NCBI GenBank assembly: GCA_016792625.1
Contig: JAEUKK010000159.1
Location: 12,875 to 76,874, forward strand
Source of the DNA: Deltaproteobacteria bacterium
GTDB lineage: Bacteria > Myxococcota_A > UBA796 > UBA2385
Direction of reading: 5' to 3'
Length of the DNA stretch: 64,000 nt
Part shown: piece by piece, positions 1 through 9,717 of the stretch
How positions within the stretch are numbered: the stretch's first letter is position 1
How the letters are laid out: every line of letters begins with the position of its first letter
Program-made: the position numbers and the translations under genes
Notes under the pieces: model-generated
Told to the model about the DNA's origin: nothing
The model's database searches: none
What the model saw: only the letters and a program-made list of their open reading frames with translations

Positions 1-375
1 ACCGACCCCGCGGCGGTCGAGGTGCACAGCCTGGGCAGCGTGCAGGCCGACGCCGACGGCAGCGCCGACTGCCTGAGCCTGAGCCTGGGCGTCGAGCCCG
101 ACCGCACCGAGGCGGTGGCCGGGGTGAGCACCCGGTTCACCTGCGACTCCCTCGAAGACCTCGCCGTCTCGGTCTTCGTCAGCGACGCCGAGGCCACCGT
201 CTGGACCGACTGCCGGGCCCAGGGCGACACCGCCGGGGTCTTTGCGGGGCGGGAGGACGTGCCGAGCTGCCCGGTGCCGCTCGAGGCCGCGCCGGCCGCG
301 GCGGACACCGGCGCCGACACCGGCGGAGGCGTCGAGGTCAGCCTCGCCGTCGGTGATCTCGGCGATTGCCCATAA
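1..375 (+). CDS. 3' part of a hypothetical, probably exported protein (5' end outside the window)
   Basis: Frame 1 is open from base 1 to TAA 373-375 with G/C-ending codons; Cys-containing, acidic, with an ADTGADTGGG linker like other exported proteins here. Confidence 0.7.
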   Translation, partial: TDPAAVEVHSLGSVQADADGSADCLSLSLGVEPDRTEAVAGVSTRFTCDSLEDLAVSVFVSDAEATVWTDCRAQGDTAGVFAGREDVPSCPVPLEAAPAAADTGADTGGGVEVSLAVGDLGDCP

Positions 376-418
376 GGTGGGGAGGGCGGGCCTGCGGCCC
401 GGTCCGGCCCGGCGCACC

Positions 419-3400
419 TCAGAGCGCGCTCGCGTCCACGCCGCCTGCGGGCTCGTCGAAGACAGCGTCGTACTCGGTGGAGTTGCGCTGTTGTTGCTCG
501 CGCAGGCGCTGGTCGAGGCCCTGGAAGAGGCCCGGGGCCGCCGCGGGCGCGGGGGCGCCGCGGGCGGGTCGACCGCCCCCGCCCTGCTGCAGCGGGCTGA
601 AGGCCACGTGCGGGCCCTGCCATGCGAAGACCTGCGAGCCGCCGGGCACCACGGCAACGCCGCGCGCGTCGGCCTTGGCCGCGACCAGCCCACCCGGGCC
701 CTGGGCCCGCAGCTCGGCGCCGGCCGCCGGCCCTCCGTCGCGCCGCAGCGCCACGCGCAGGCCGGCCGGGCCCTCCTCGGCGCTGAGCTGCAGCGCGCTG
801 ACCACGACCAGGGCCGCCGTCTCTTGCCCGCCGCCGCTGAGCTGCAGCCGCCAGGCGCCCGGGCCCGGGAGGCGCAGGCGCAGCTCCTCTTCGGCGACGT
901 AGGGGCCCGCCCGCACCCGCTCGCGGGCCGACCAGGCCGGGCTGACCCCCGCCACGGGCACGGTCAGCGCGCCGCTCAGCCCACCGTCGCGCAAGAAGAT
1001 GGTGCGCAGGTCGAGCGGGTAGGCCGTGATGGCCACCTCGTCGAGGTTGGCGAGCTGGACGGGCACCCGGACGTCGGGGCCCGGGCTGAACAGCAAGGGC
1101 GTCGAGGCCTCGAGCGTGGTGCGGCGCAGCAGGGCCGCGGCCTGGGCGGCCTCGGGGAAGCGCGCCCCCACCTCAGCGTAGGCCTCGGCGGCGGCGTCCA
1201 GCCGACCGGCCGCCTCGTGCAAGCGGGCGAGGCCATAGGCGGCGTCATGGGCCAGCGGAGAGGGGCCCCCGTACCCATCGCCCAAGGGCCACTGCCCGTC
1301 GCGCAGCTCGCGCAGGATGGCGCCAGCGGCGTGGTCTTGACCGAGCTCCAGCCGGGCGAGGGCCTCGGTGAAGCGCAGCGCGTCGAGCGCAGGGTCGGCG
1401 GGGTCGCCCTGGCCCACCTCGGCCGCCCAGCGGGCCGCCTCGGCCGGGGCGCCCAAGGCCAGCAGGCCGCGTGCGAGCTGAAAGCCCACCTGCACCCGCT
1501 CGGGCGCCTCGGGGTGCAGGGCGAGGAACTCGCGGTCCCAGGCGGCGGCGAGCAGGCGCAGGTCGGCGGCGCCCAGCCCCTCCCGCTGCAGCTCTTCGGG
1601 GGCGCCCGCGTCGGCCATGCGGCTCAGCTCCCCCGAGAGCAGCGACTCGGCCTCGACCACCGCCGGCAAGGCGGGTGAGCGGGCGGCCAGCTCCCGCATC
1701 AGGCGCAGGCCGAGCAAGGCGCCCAGCTGGCCTTCGACCTCGCGAATCGGCTGGGCTTCAGCCACAAACGCCGCGCTCAGCGCGGCGCGCTGCACCGTCC
1801 AGGCGCGGGAGAGCTGCCCGGCCTCGGCGTAGGCCGCGGCCACCGCCTGCACCTCGCCGAGGCCCAGGTGCGCGTCGGGCGCGGCGTCGCGCAGGGCCTC
1901 GAAGGCGGCGACCCGCTCGGCGGGGCCGGCGCCCGCGCTCGCGTCCCAGCGCAAGCGCATGACCTGGGCGCGCTCCTGGGCGGGCCAGGCGTCAAAGGCG
2001 GGCCAAGCGGACAGGGCCGGGCGCGGGTCTTGGCCCACGGCGGCTTGGGCGCGGGCGAGGGCCAGGGCCGCTGCGCGCTCCAGCGGGAGGGCCGCGGGCG
2101 CACCCGACGCGGGGTCGGCGGGCAGGGCGACGAGGTGCAGGGGCGCGGCGGGGACGGGCTGGCCGTCGGGCCCGGGCGCCCAGAGCCCGTCGAGGGTCCA
2201 GGCCCCGGGCTGGTCGGCCCGCAGCCCACCCGCGCTCGCCCGCAGCCCGGCCGGGAGGGCCAAGGGCAAGGGCCCGCTGGCCACTTGCACGACCAGCGCG
2301 TCACCTTCGCGCAGCACGCAGGGCTGGGTCGGGCCCCCGCAGGCCGGCGCGCGCCCCTCGCGGGCCCGGTGCTCGAGCAGCGGGGCGGCGAGGGGGCCGC
2401 CGAGGGGGCCGGCCGCGCGCCGCTCTGCCCAGAGGGCCGGCGCCGCGGGCGCAGCGGGCGCCACCTCCGCTCCGCGCTCGAGCAGGGCGGGGCCGCCGCG
2501 CAGCGCGACGACCGCGCCCGGGGGCAGCACCAAGCGCACCTCCCGTGTTTTGCCTGCGTCGAGCACGCCCTGCTCCACGCCGTTGACGAGCACCACGGTC
2601 GGCGCGCGGTCGGGCCGCAGGGCCCGGTCGGCGCTGGCGAGGCGCAGCAGCTCGACGGCTTCGGCCCGCAGGGGCGCGCCCGGGGGCGGCAGCGGGGCGC
2701 CCGCGCGGGCATAGGCGAGGGCAGGCCCGCGCGAGCCGAGGCGCGCCTCGAGCAGAACACTGAGCAGATCGCTGTCTCCGCGCAGGTTGGCGGGGACGGG
2801 GCGGCCCAGCGCGTGCAGGCAGAGGCCCAGCCGCGCGCGCTCCGCGGGCAGCAGCTGGTCGGACTCGCGCAGCAGCCGGCCCAGCGCGGGCTCGTCGACC
2901 GCCAAGCCGGCCACGGCCTGGGCCCAGAGCGCCGCCGCCCGCGCCCCGCTGCCATCCACGCTGCGCTCGACCGCCGCTGCCATGGCCTCGAGCGTGGCCC
3001 GGGCGACCGGCGGACCGCCGGGGAGGGCGGCCAGCCCGCCGGCCAAGGCCAGCTCTTCGACGGAGATCGCGCCGCCCGGGCGGCTGTGCGGCGGCGGCCC
3101 CCACAGCGCGGCGGCGATCTGGCGCAGATCGGCGGCGGCCAGGGCGCCCTCCGCTTCGGGCAGGCCGGGCAGCGCGGCCAACAGCGCCCGGCCCCGCGCG
3201 ACCAGCGCCGCCCGACCCTCCCGCGGCCCGAGCTCCTCCGCCGGCGGCCCCTCGGTCGCCACCGCCCACAAGGGCAGCCCGCCCGCCGCGCTGCGCCGCA
3301 CCCGCAGCAAGCGGCCGGCGGGGTCGGCGTGCTGGGGCGGCGCCACCGCCGCGCTGAGCAGCAGCGTGGAGAGGGTGCGCCCCTCCTCTTCGAGGCGCAG

Positions 3401-6400
3401 CGCCCGCTCCTCCCCCGCCCGCAGGGGAGAGGTCTGCACCAGCACCGCCTCCCCCGGGGCGAGGCGCAGCTCCCGCGGCGGGCCGTCGCCGATCAGCCGA
3501 AGCTGGCGGGGGGCCTCGCTGGGGTTGTGCGCCCAGACCTGGGGAGCGAGCTGGTCTTCGGGCCCGAGCTGCCCCATTGCCCCGGGGGTATAGGGCGCGA
3601 GGCCGGGCAGGAGCGGTTCGGCAGCCCCCGGCCCGTGCACGAGCAGGCGGGGCGCGGCCTCGGCCGGCAGGCGCAGCCGGGCCCAGCCCATCGCCGCCGG
3701 GCTGAGCGCGAGGGCCTCGACCACCACGCCCTCAGGCAGGCCATCCAGCGCGGGCAGGGGCACGCGCAGGCGGCCGTCCGGGTCGGTCTCGGCCACCACC
3801 CAGAGCAGGCGCGCGCGCCGGGCCACCGGGAAGCTGCGGCGCGTCGGCTCGCCGGCCCGCCCGCTGCCCACCGCGCCCGCGCTGCCAAAACCGCCCCCGC
3901 CCGAGCCATAGCCCGAGGCGCCCGAGCCTCGGCCCGTCGTGCCGATCGACCCGAGCAAGATCGGCTCCTGGCCGTCAAAGGCATCGGCCAGCGGCGTGTC
4001 GAGCAGCTCGCCGCGGGCCGCCGCGGCGGCGCGGGCCGCCTGCACCTCGCGCTCGGCCTCGGCCAGCAGGCCCGCGGCGATCGGCGCCGCGTGGGCCGCC
4101 GACCAGAGCGCGCCGCCCACCCCGGCGCCCCCGCCGGTGGGGCTGCCCCCCAGCCCGTGCAGGGTAGGCAGGCCGCGGCCGGGCAGCCGCGGGTCGTGGG
4201 CCCGCAGCGCGACCCGGGCGCGGGTGGGCCGCCCAGCGGCGTCGCGCACGCGCAGCTCGAGCGCGCCGTCGGCGCCCCGCTCCAGCCCGACCTGCAGGGC
4301 CGCCTGCACCTCGACCTCGACGGCGGCCGCCGTGCCGTCGGGGCGGGTCGCGACCAAGCCGAGCGCGCCGTCCACCGCCGGCAGCGGCAGGGCCACCCGC
4401 TGGGGCCCCGCGCCGAGCAGGCGCAGGCCCTCGGCGCCCACGCCCTCGAGGCTGAGCAGCGCGGGGCCGACCAGCTGGGCCTCGACCAACCCGCCCGCGG
4501 GCAAGGGGGCGCCCGCCGGGTGGAGCAGGCGCAGCCCCGGGCCGCGCGCCCCCGGCCCCGGCGGCAGGGGCAGGCGCAGCGCGGGGCTGCGGTCAGCGCT
4601 CACCCCCAGCTCGGGCACGAGGCTCAGCACCAGCTCACTATTTTCGGGCAGGTCGGCCAGCTCGAGCCCGCGCAGGTCGAGGGCCACCGCGCCGTCGGGG
4701 CCGAGGGTGAGCGGCAGCCGGCGCAGCAGGCGCAGGGGCGCGGCGGGCCCCTCGGGTTCGGGCTGCGCGCCGGCCCAGCCGGCCCCGGCCACAAAACCCT
4801 CGGGCGGGTCAAGGTCGGGGGGCTCTGGCGCCGGCGCGGGCGTGGGAGCCGGGGCGGCGACCGAGACGAGCAGGGTGTAGGCGCCGGCCGGGCCGCGCAG
4901 GTGCACGTCTGCGGCGTCACTCCCGACGAGCTGGGCCTCGATCTGCGGCGCGGCCGCCGCGGGGTCTGGGGCCCGGCCGGGGGCGCTCAGCCAGCTGCTC
5001 GCCGCGTCGGCGAGCTGGGCCTGCAGCCGCAGGGCGCCGCTCGCGGGCAGGGCCACCCGCCCATCGGGGCCCGTCCAGAGCACGGGGCTCGGATCAGGCG
5101 CGGTGGACGGGGCCTCGGCCCGCCGGGGGACCGCCCGCACCCGCACCGGAGCGCCGGCCACCGGCCGCCCGAGGCCATCGCGCACCCGCGGCTGGCCGCC
5201 GGCCCAGTCCAGCACCAGCCCATCGGCCGGCGTGGCGGGAGCGACCTGCACGGTGCCGATCACGACGGGCCGCTCCTCCCCCTCGACCTGGGCCCAGAGC
5301 TCGACCCCGACCTCGCGCAGGCCGGTGGGCAGCTGCAGGCGCAGGGCGAGGCCGCCGTCGGGCCCGAAGGTGCCACGCACGCTGGTGAAACGAGAGCGGT
5401 CATGCTGCAGCCAGACCTCGACCTCGCCGCGCAGGGGGCCCCGGCCCGGCTCACCCGGCCGTGGGCTGCTCGGCTGGCGCCGCCCCACGAGCAGCAGCTC
5501 GATCGGCTCGCCGGGCAGGTAGGCCGGGCGGTCGGTCTGGGCGAGCAGCTGCACCTCGGCGCCCTCCCCCGCCGTCGCGGGCCAGGCCACCTCGGCGAGG
5601 GCAGGACCGCGGGCGGTCATCGCCAGCACCTGCGCCTCACCTTCCGGCACGACGAGGCGCAGCAGGCCGTCGGGGCCGGTCCGGTGCTCCGCGACGCCCG
5701 CGCCCGTCCGCACCCAGACCGCGGCGCCGCGGGCGGGCTGGCCGCCGGCGAGCACCCCGATGAGCAGCTCTTCGCCCACCCCGCGCAGCAGCAGCTCGGC
5801 CTCGCCGTGCAGCAGCAGCACCTTGGCCTCGGTGGTCGGGGTGGCCGCGGTCAGGGCGTAGAGCCCAAAACCGGGCACGGGCACCTCGAGGGGCAGGCGG
5901 CGCTCGACCCCGGGCTGGCCGCCAGGCAGGGCCTGGGCCCACTCGGCGTCGGGGCGCACCACGCCGACGTCCAGCTGCTCCAGATCGGTGATCTGGCCAC
6001 CTGCCCGCAAGAGGGCCTCGGGGTCGATCGTGTGCAGGCGCAGGCTGAGCGCGTCGACGCCGCGGGCGCGCAGGCGGACCGTGGCCCGGCGGGCCGGGAG
6101 CGGGCCCGCGGGCGGGTCTTCGGGCCGGCGGCCGGCCTCGAGGTGCAGGCGGGGCTGGCGCAGGTCGGCGGCGAGGGCCGCGGCCGGGGCCCCGCCGGGG
6201 GCGGCGGCCAGGGCGTCGAGCCAGGCGAGGGCCGCCTCTCCGCCGTCGCGCGCCGCGCGGAGCTGGTGCAGGCCCCGCAGCGCGAAGTCGGGGTCGGCCC
6301 CATCGGCGAGCAGGGCGGCGAGCCGGGCCTCGGCCACCGCCGGGGGCGCCCGGTCTAGCGCGAGCGCGGCGGCCTCGACCGCGATCGCCGACCGGGCCGG

Positions 6401-7618
6401 GCCCCGGGGGGCCTCGGCGAGGATGGCGTCGTAGGCGGGCAAAGCCTCGGCCCCGACCTCGGCCGCGCGGGCGCGCGCAGCGGCGAGGTGGTCCTGGCGC
6501 AGGGCCTGCTCCAGCGCGGGCCGCTCGGGTGAGCCCGGGTCGAGGGCCAGCAGGGCCCCGCGGCGCAGGGCGGCGGCCTCGGCGGCGGCCCGGGGCGTCG
6601 GGGCGAGGGCGGGCTCGATGATGAGCAGCGCGCGCAGGGCGGCGCGTTGGTCGTCCACCACGGTGCTCTCGACGAGAGGGAGCAGCAGCGCCTGCGCGCG
6701 GCCGAGCTCCCCCGCCCGGCGCAGCCAGGCGGCCGCCTCGAGGCGCCAAGCCGCGGCGGCGGGGCCCGGCGGGGCGGCGGCGATCGCCCGCTCCATCAGC
6801 AGGGTCGCCTGGGCGAGATCGACGCGCAGGCGCAGCTGGGCGCGGGCCCAGTCATCGGCCGGGCCGCTGCCGAGCGCGGGCAGCAGGTCGTCGGCCAGAC
6901 CGCCGGCCGCCAGCGGCGCGGCCAGCCAGAGCAAGGCCGGCGCGGGGGCCTGCTCCCACGCCTCCACGAGGCGGGCGGCGCAGAGCGCGGCCAGGGCGTC
7001 GTGGGGCAGGGCGGCCCGGGCCTCGGGGCCGACGCCGGGGTCGAGCACCATCAGGCGGCGGGCGGTGGCCTCGGCGATCGGCCGCAGCTCGGCGATCGGC
7101 GCTTCGCGGGACAGGGCGAGGCTGCGCAGCTGGCGCTCCTCGGGCCCCATGCGCGCGCCGGGGCGGGCCTGCTGATCGGCGAGGGCGGCGAGGCGCTGGG
7201 CCAAGGCCAGCTCCCGCGCCGGGCCGAGCGCCCGGGCGCTGGCCGCCTGCAGCCGCGCGGTCGCGCCGGCCTGGTCACCTTGGGCCCAGGCCGCCTCGGC
7301 CGCGTCGAAGCGGGCCCGGCCCGCGCAGGCGGCCTCGTCGGGCACAGCGTCCAGCACGCTGATCGCGCGGGTGTACTGCTTGTCGGCCAAGAGCACCGCG
7401 CCGATGAGGCAAGAGAGCGCGGCGCGGTCGGCCGGGTCCTCGGCCGCGCGCAGGCGGGCCTCGAGCTGGCGCAGGGCGGGGCCGCGCTGGCCCCGGGCGA
7501 GGTCGGACAAGGCCGCGTCCCCGGCGAGGGCGCCGGCGCTGACCCAGCGGTCGGCGGGGGCGGCGGCGGCCGGGGCGGCCCCAAGGGTCAGGGCCAAGGC
7601 GAGGGCGCGGCGGGGCAT
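419..7618 (-). CDS. Large exported TPR + MG2/alpha-2-macroglobulin-like protein (2399 aa)
   Basis: ATG 7618 with GGAGG upstream; signal peptide MPRRALALALTLGAAPAAA; MG2-type QTDRPAYLPGE; A2M-type WVVAETDPDGRLRVPLP; helical TPR-like blocks at both ends. No CxEQ thioester motif seen. Confidence 0.75.
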   Translation of the reverse strand: MPRRALALALTLGAAPAAAAPADRWVSAGALAGDAALSDLARGQRGPALRQLEARLRAAEDPADRAALSCLIGAVLLADKQYTRAISVLDAVPDEAACAGRARFDAAEAAWAQGDQAGATARLQAASARALGPARELALAQRLAALADQQARPGARMGPEERQLRSLALSREAPIAELRPIAEATARRLMVLDPGVGPEARAALPHDALAALCAARLVEAWEQAPAPALLWLAAPLAAGGLADDLLPALGSGPADDWARAQLRLRVDLAQATLLMERAIAAAPPGPAAAAWRLEAAAWLRRAGELGRAQALLLPLVESTVVDDQRAALRALLIIEPALAPTPRAAAEAAALRRGALLALDPGSPERPALEQALRQDHLAAARARAAEVGAEALPAYDAILAEAPRGPARSAIAVEAAALALDRAPPAVAEARLAALLADGADPDFALRGLHQLRAARDGGEAALAWLDALAAAPGGAPAAALAADLRQPRLHLEAGRRPEDPPAGPLPARRATVRLRARGVDALSLRLHTIDPEALLRAGGQITDLEQLDVGVVRPDAEWAQALPGGQPGVERRLPLEVPVPGFGLYALTAATPTTEAKVLLLHGEAELLLRGVGEELLIGVLAGGQPARGAAVWVRTGAGVAEHRTGPDGLLRLVVPEGEAQVLAMTARGPALAEVAWPATAGEGAEVQLLAQTDRPAYLPGEPIELLLVGRRQPSSPRPGEPGRGPLRGEVEVWLQHDRSRFTSVRGTFGPDGGLALRLQLPTGLREVGVELWAQVEGEERPVVIGTVQVAPATPADGLVLDWAGGQPRVRDGLGRPVAGAPVRVRAVPRRAEAPSTAPDPSPVLWTGPDGRVALPASGALRLQAQLADAASSWLSAPGRAPDPAAAAPQIEAQLVGSDAADVHLRGPAGAYTLLVSVAAPAPTPAPAPEPPDLDPPEGFVAGAGWAGAQPEPEGPAAPLRLLRRLPLTLGPDGAVALDLRGLELADLPENSELVLSLVPELGVSADRSPALRLPLPPGPGARGPGLRLLHPAGAPLPAGGLVEAQLVGPALLSLEGVGAEGLRLLGAGPQRVALPLPAVDGALGLVATRPDGTAAAVEVEVQAALQVGLERGADGALELRVRDAAGRPTRARVALRAHDPRLPGRGLPTLHGLGGSPTGGGAGVGGALWSAAHAAPIAAGLLAEAEREVQAARAAAAARGELLDTPLADAFDGQEPILLGSIGTTGRGSGASGYGSGGGGFGSAGAVGSGRAGEPTRRSFPVARRARLLWVVAETDPDGRLRVPLPALDGLPEGVVVEALALSPAAMGWARLRLPAEAAPRLLVHGPGAAEPLLPGLAPYTPGAMGQLGPEDQLAPQVWAHNPSEAPRQLRLIGDGPPRELRLAPGEAVLVQTSPLRAGEERALRLEEEGRTLSTLLLSAAVAPPQHADPAGRLLRVRRSAAGGLPLWAVATEGPPAEELGPREGRAALVARGRALLAALPGLPEAEGALAAADLRQIAAALWGPPPHSRPGGAISVEELALAGGLAALPGGPPVARATLEAMAAAVERSVDGSGARAAALWAQAVAGLAVDEPALGRLLRESDQLLPAERARLGLCLHALGRPVPANLRGDSDLLSVLLEARLGSRGPALAYARAGAPLPPPGAPLRAEAVELLRLASADRALRPDRAPTVVLVNGVEQGVLDAGKTREVRLVLPPGAVVALRGGPALLERGAEVAPAAPAAPALWAERRAAGPLGGPLAAPLLEHRAREGRAPACGGPTQPCVLREGDALVVQVASGPLPLALPAGLRASAGGLRADQPGAWTLDGLWAPGPDGQPVPAAPLHLVALPADPASGAPAALPLERAAALALARAQAAVGQDPRPALSAWPAFDAWPAQERAQVMRLRWDASAGAGPAERVAAFEALRDAAPDAHLGLGEVQAVAAAYAEAGQLSRAWTVQRAALSAAFVAEAQPIREVEGQLGALLGLRLMRELAARSPALPAVVEAESLLSGELSRMADAGAPEELQREGLGAADLRLLAAAWDREFLALHPEAPERVQVGFQLARGLLALGAPAEAARWAAEVGQGDPADPALDALRFTEALARLELGQDHAAGAILRELRDGQWPLGDGYGGPSPLAHDAAYGLARLHEAAGRLDAAAEAYAEVGARFPEAAQAAALLRRTTLEASTPLLFSPGPDVRVPVQLANLDEVAITAYPLDLRTIFLRDGGLSGALTVPVAGVSPAWSARERVRAGPYVAEEELRLRLPGPGAWRLQLSGGGQETAALVVVSALQLSAEEGPAGLRVALRRDGGPAAGAELRAQGPGGLVAAKADARGVAVVPGGSQVFAWQGPHVAFSPLQQGGGGRPARGAPAPAAAPGLFQGLDQRLREQQQRNSTEYDAVFDEPAGGVDASAL

Positions 7619-7664
7619 CGAACCTCCATCCCGGTGCGGGACCACCGGCGCGCGCGCCGGTTCC

Positions 7665-8624
7665 TTAGGCCCAGCCGCGCTGCCGCACGATCTGGCGGGC
7701 CAGGGCGAGGGCCGCCCGGGTCGAGTGGGGCTGGGCGCGCCCCGTGCCGACCAGGGCGTCGGCGGTGCCGTGGTCGACGCTGGTGCGGACGATCGGCAGG
7801 CCCAAGCTCCAATTGACGGAGCGCCCGAAGTCGACCGCCTTGAGCGGGGCGAGGCCCTGGTCGTGGTACATCGCGACCACCAGCTCGCTGCGGCCGGCCC
7901 GGGCCTCCATGAACGCGGTCTCGGCCGAGACCGGGCCCTCGACCGGCCAGCCCTCGGCGGCCAGCGCGGCGCAGACCGGCCCGATGGTGTCGAGCTCTTC
8001 GCGGCCGAGCAGGCCCTCTTCGCCGGCGTGCGGGTTGAGGCCGCAGACCAGCACCCGGCGCGGGTGCAGGCCGAGCTCGGTGTGCAGCGCGCTGGTCGCG
8101 GTGGTGATGACGTGGCGCAGGCGGTTCGCGGTGATCGCCGCCGGCACGGCCGACAGCGGGATGTGCGTGGTGACCAGCGCCACCCGCAGCTCGCCGCCCA
8201 CAAACGCCATCACCTCTTCGTCGGGCACGCCGCAGAGGTGGGCCAAGAAGTCGGTGTGGCCTTGGAAGCGAAAACCACGCTCAGCCAAGCGCTTCTTGTG
8301 GATGGGGCCGGTGACCAGGGCGCCGGGCGGGCCGCGCAGCAGGGCCTCGGCGGCGAGGCGCACCGCGGCGGCTTCGGCGGGCTCCTCGCCGTCCTCGGTG
8401 ACCACGAAGGGCAGCCCGGCGCCGGCATAGGCGCGGGCCTCGGCCAGGGGCAGCTCGACCAAGCGCAGGGCGCGGGCGAAGGCCCCCGCCGCCTCGACCG
8501 ACCGGCGCCGACCGATGAGGACGACGTCGTGGTGGCCATCTTCGTGGAGCACCCGCAGGCTCAGCTCAGGGCCCACGCCCATGCCGGGGGTGAGCAGCAG
8601 GGTGCGCGGGCGGTGCAGCGACAC
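7665..8624 (-). CDS. pdxA: 4-hydroxythreonine-4-phosphate dehydrogenase
   Basis: Motifs GVGPE, VTGPIHK, GHTDFL, VALVTTHIPL, GLNPHAGE, AMYHDQGLAPLK, RTSVDHGTA; GTG start 8624 just after the surA-like gene. Confidence 0.95.
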   Translation of the reverse strand: MSLHRPRTLLLTPGMGVGPELSLRVLHEDGHHDVVLIGRRRSVEAAGAFARALRLVELPLAEARAYAGAGLPFVVTEDGEEPAEAAAVRLAAEALLRGPPGALVTGPIHKKRLAERGFRFQGHTDFLAHLCGVPDEEVMAFVGGELRVALVTTHIPLSAVPAAITANRLRHVITTATSALHTELGLHPRRVLVCGLNPHAGEEGLLGREELDTIGPVCAALAAEGWPVEGPVSAETAFMEARAGRSELVVAMYHDQGLAPLKAVDFGRSVNWSLGLPIVRTSVDHGTADALVGTGRAQPHSTRAALALARQIVRQRGWA

Positions 8625-8631
8625 GGCGCCC

Positions 8632-9717
8632 TCAGAGCGCGCCGAGGCCGCCGGGCACCTCGAGCTTGACCTCGACCGCGGCCTGGCGGCGCTGGGCCCG
8701 GTACCAAAGGTCCATCTCGTCTTGGGCGCGCTGGCCGTAGACCTGGTCGAGCAGGGCCTCGCGCAGCTCTTCAAAGGGCGGCAGGCCGGCCGCGCGCTGG
8801 GCGACGACCATGAGCACGAAGACGCGGTCTTTGATCTGCACGGGGCGGGTGGGCTTGCCCAGCCCCGCCTCGAGCAGGGCCCGCTCGGCGTCGACCGGCA
8901 GCTGGCCGATCTTAAAGGTGCCCAGGCTGCCCCCGGTGCCGCACTCATCGAGCTTGGCCGCGGCGGCGATGAGCGCGTCAGGGTCAGTGATCTGGGCGGC
9001 GGCGGCGGTGGCCTTCTCGACCGCCGCGCTCAGCCCGGCCGCCGGGTCGGCGCCGCTGATCTTGAAGCAGACCGCGCCCACGTCGCGCTCGGCGGGGGCG
9101 CGGCTCTCGGCCTCTTTCTCTTTGTAGGCGGCGAGCAGCTCGTCGTCGGAGATGGTGACCCGCGGCTGGATCACGGCCTGGCTGAACTTGGACTCGCGCA
9201 GGCCCTCGCGCATCTCGTCGCGGTACTGATCCCAGCTGATGCCCTGCTGGGCGACGGCCTCACGCAGCTGGATCACGGTGAGGTTGTTGCGCTTGGCGAC
9301 GTCCTCGATCGTGCGCTCGAGCTCGGCGTCGGTCACGTCGAGGTTGAGGCGCACGATCTCTTGCCGGATGAGCCGGCGCATGATCAGCACGTCGAGCACC
9401 TCGAGCTCAAGCTCGCGCACCGCCGCCTTGGCCGCCGCCGGGTCGCTGGCCTTGGCCCGGGCCGCGGCCAAGATCTCGTCGCGGCCCAGCTCGTAGACGT
9501 CCGAGATGGTGATCACGTCGTCGTTGACGATGGCCGCCACCCGGTCGATCTCGAGGCTCGGGGCCACAGCAGGGGCATCGGACAACGCAGGGCCCGGCTG
9601 CTGGGCGCCCGCGACCGCCGCACCCAGGACCAGGGCGCCCGCCACAGCGGCGAGAGAGGTCCGCGCCGCCGCCGCGCCGAGCGCGCGCAGCGCCTGCCCC
9701 GCCCGCCGCAGGCTCAC
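8632..9717 (-). CDS. surA: SurA-like periplasmic chaperone / PpiC-type PPIase
   Basis: Signal peptide; IDRVAAIVNDDVITISDV (SurA N domain); degenerate parvulin GGSLG; canonical position upstream of pdxA. Confidence 0.85.
   Translation of the reverse strand: MSLRRAGQALRALGAAAARTSLAAVAGALVLGAAVAGAQQPGPALSDAPAVAPSLEIDRVAAIVNDDVITISDVYELGRDEILAAARAKASDPAAAKAAVRELELEVLDVLIMRRLIRQEIVRLNLDVTDAELERTIEDVAKRNNLTVIQLREAVAQQGISWDQYRDEMREGLRESKFSQAVIQPRVTISDDELLAAYKEKEAESRAPAERDVGAVCFKISGADPAAGLSAAVEKATAAAAQITDPDALIAAAAKLDECGTGGSLGTFKIGQLPVDAERALLEAGLGKPTRPVQIKDRVFVLMVVAQRAAGLPPFEELREALLDQVYGQRAQDEMDLWYRAQRRQAAVEVKLEVPGGLGAL

Noticed and set aside
1868-6358. 1496-aa plus-strand ORF and similar long antisense ORFs (30190-33939, 35867-39106, 44727-47186, 53525-56692)
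   Set aside because: Shadows of real genes on the opposite strand; stops are rare at this GC level and they carry no motifs.
7619-8203. N-terminal extension of the 2594-aa ORF
   Set aside because: Overlaps pdxA out of frame; RBS and signal peptide support ATG 7618.
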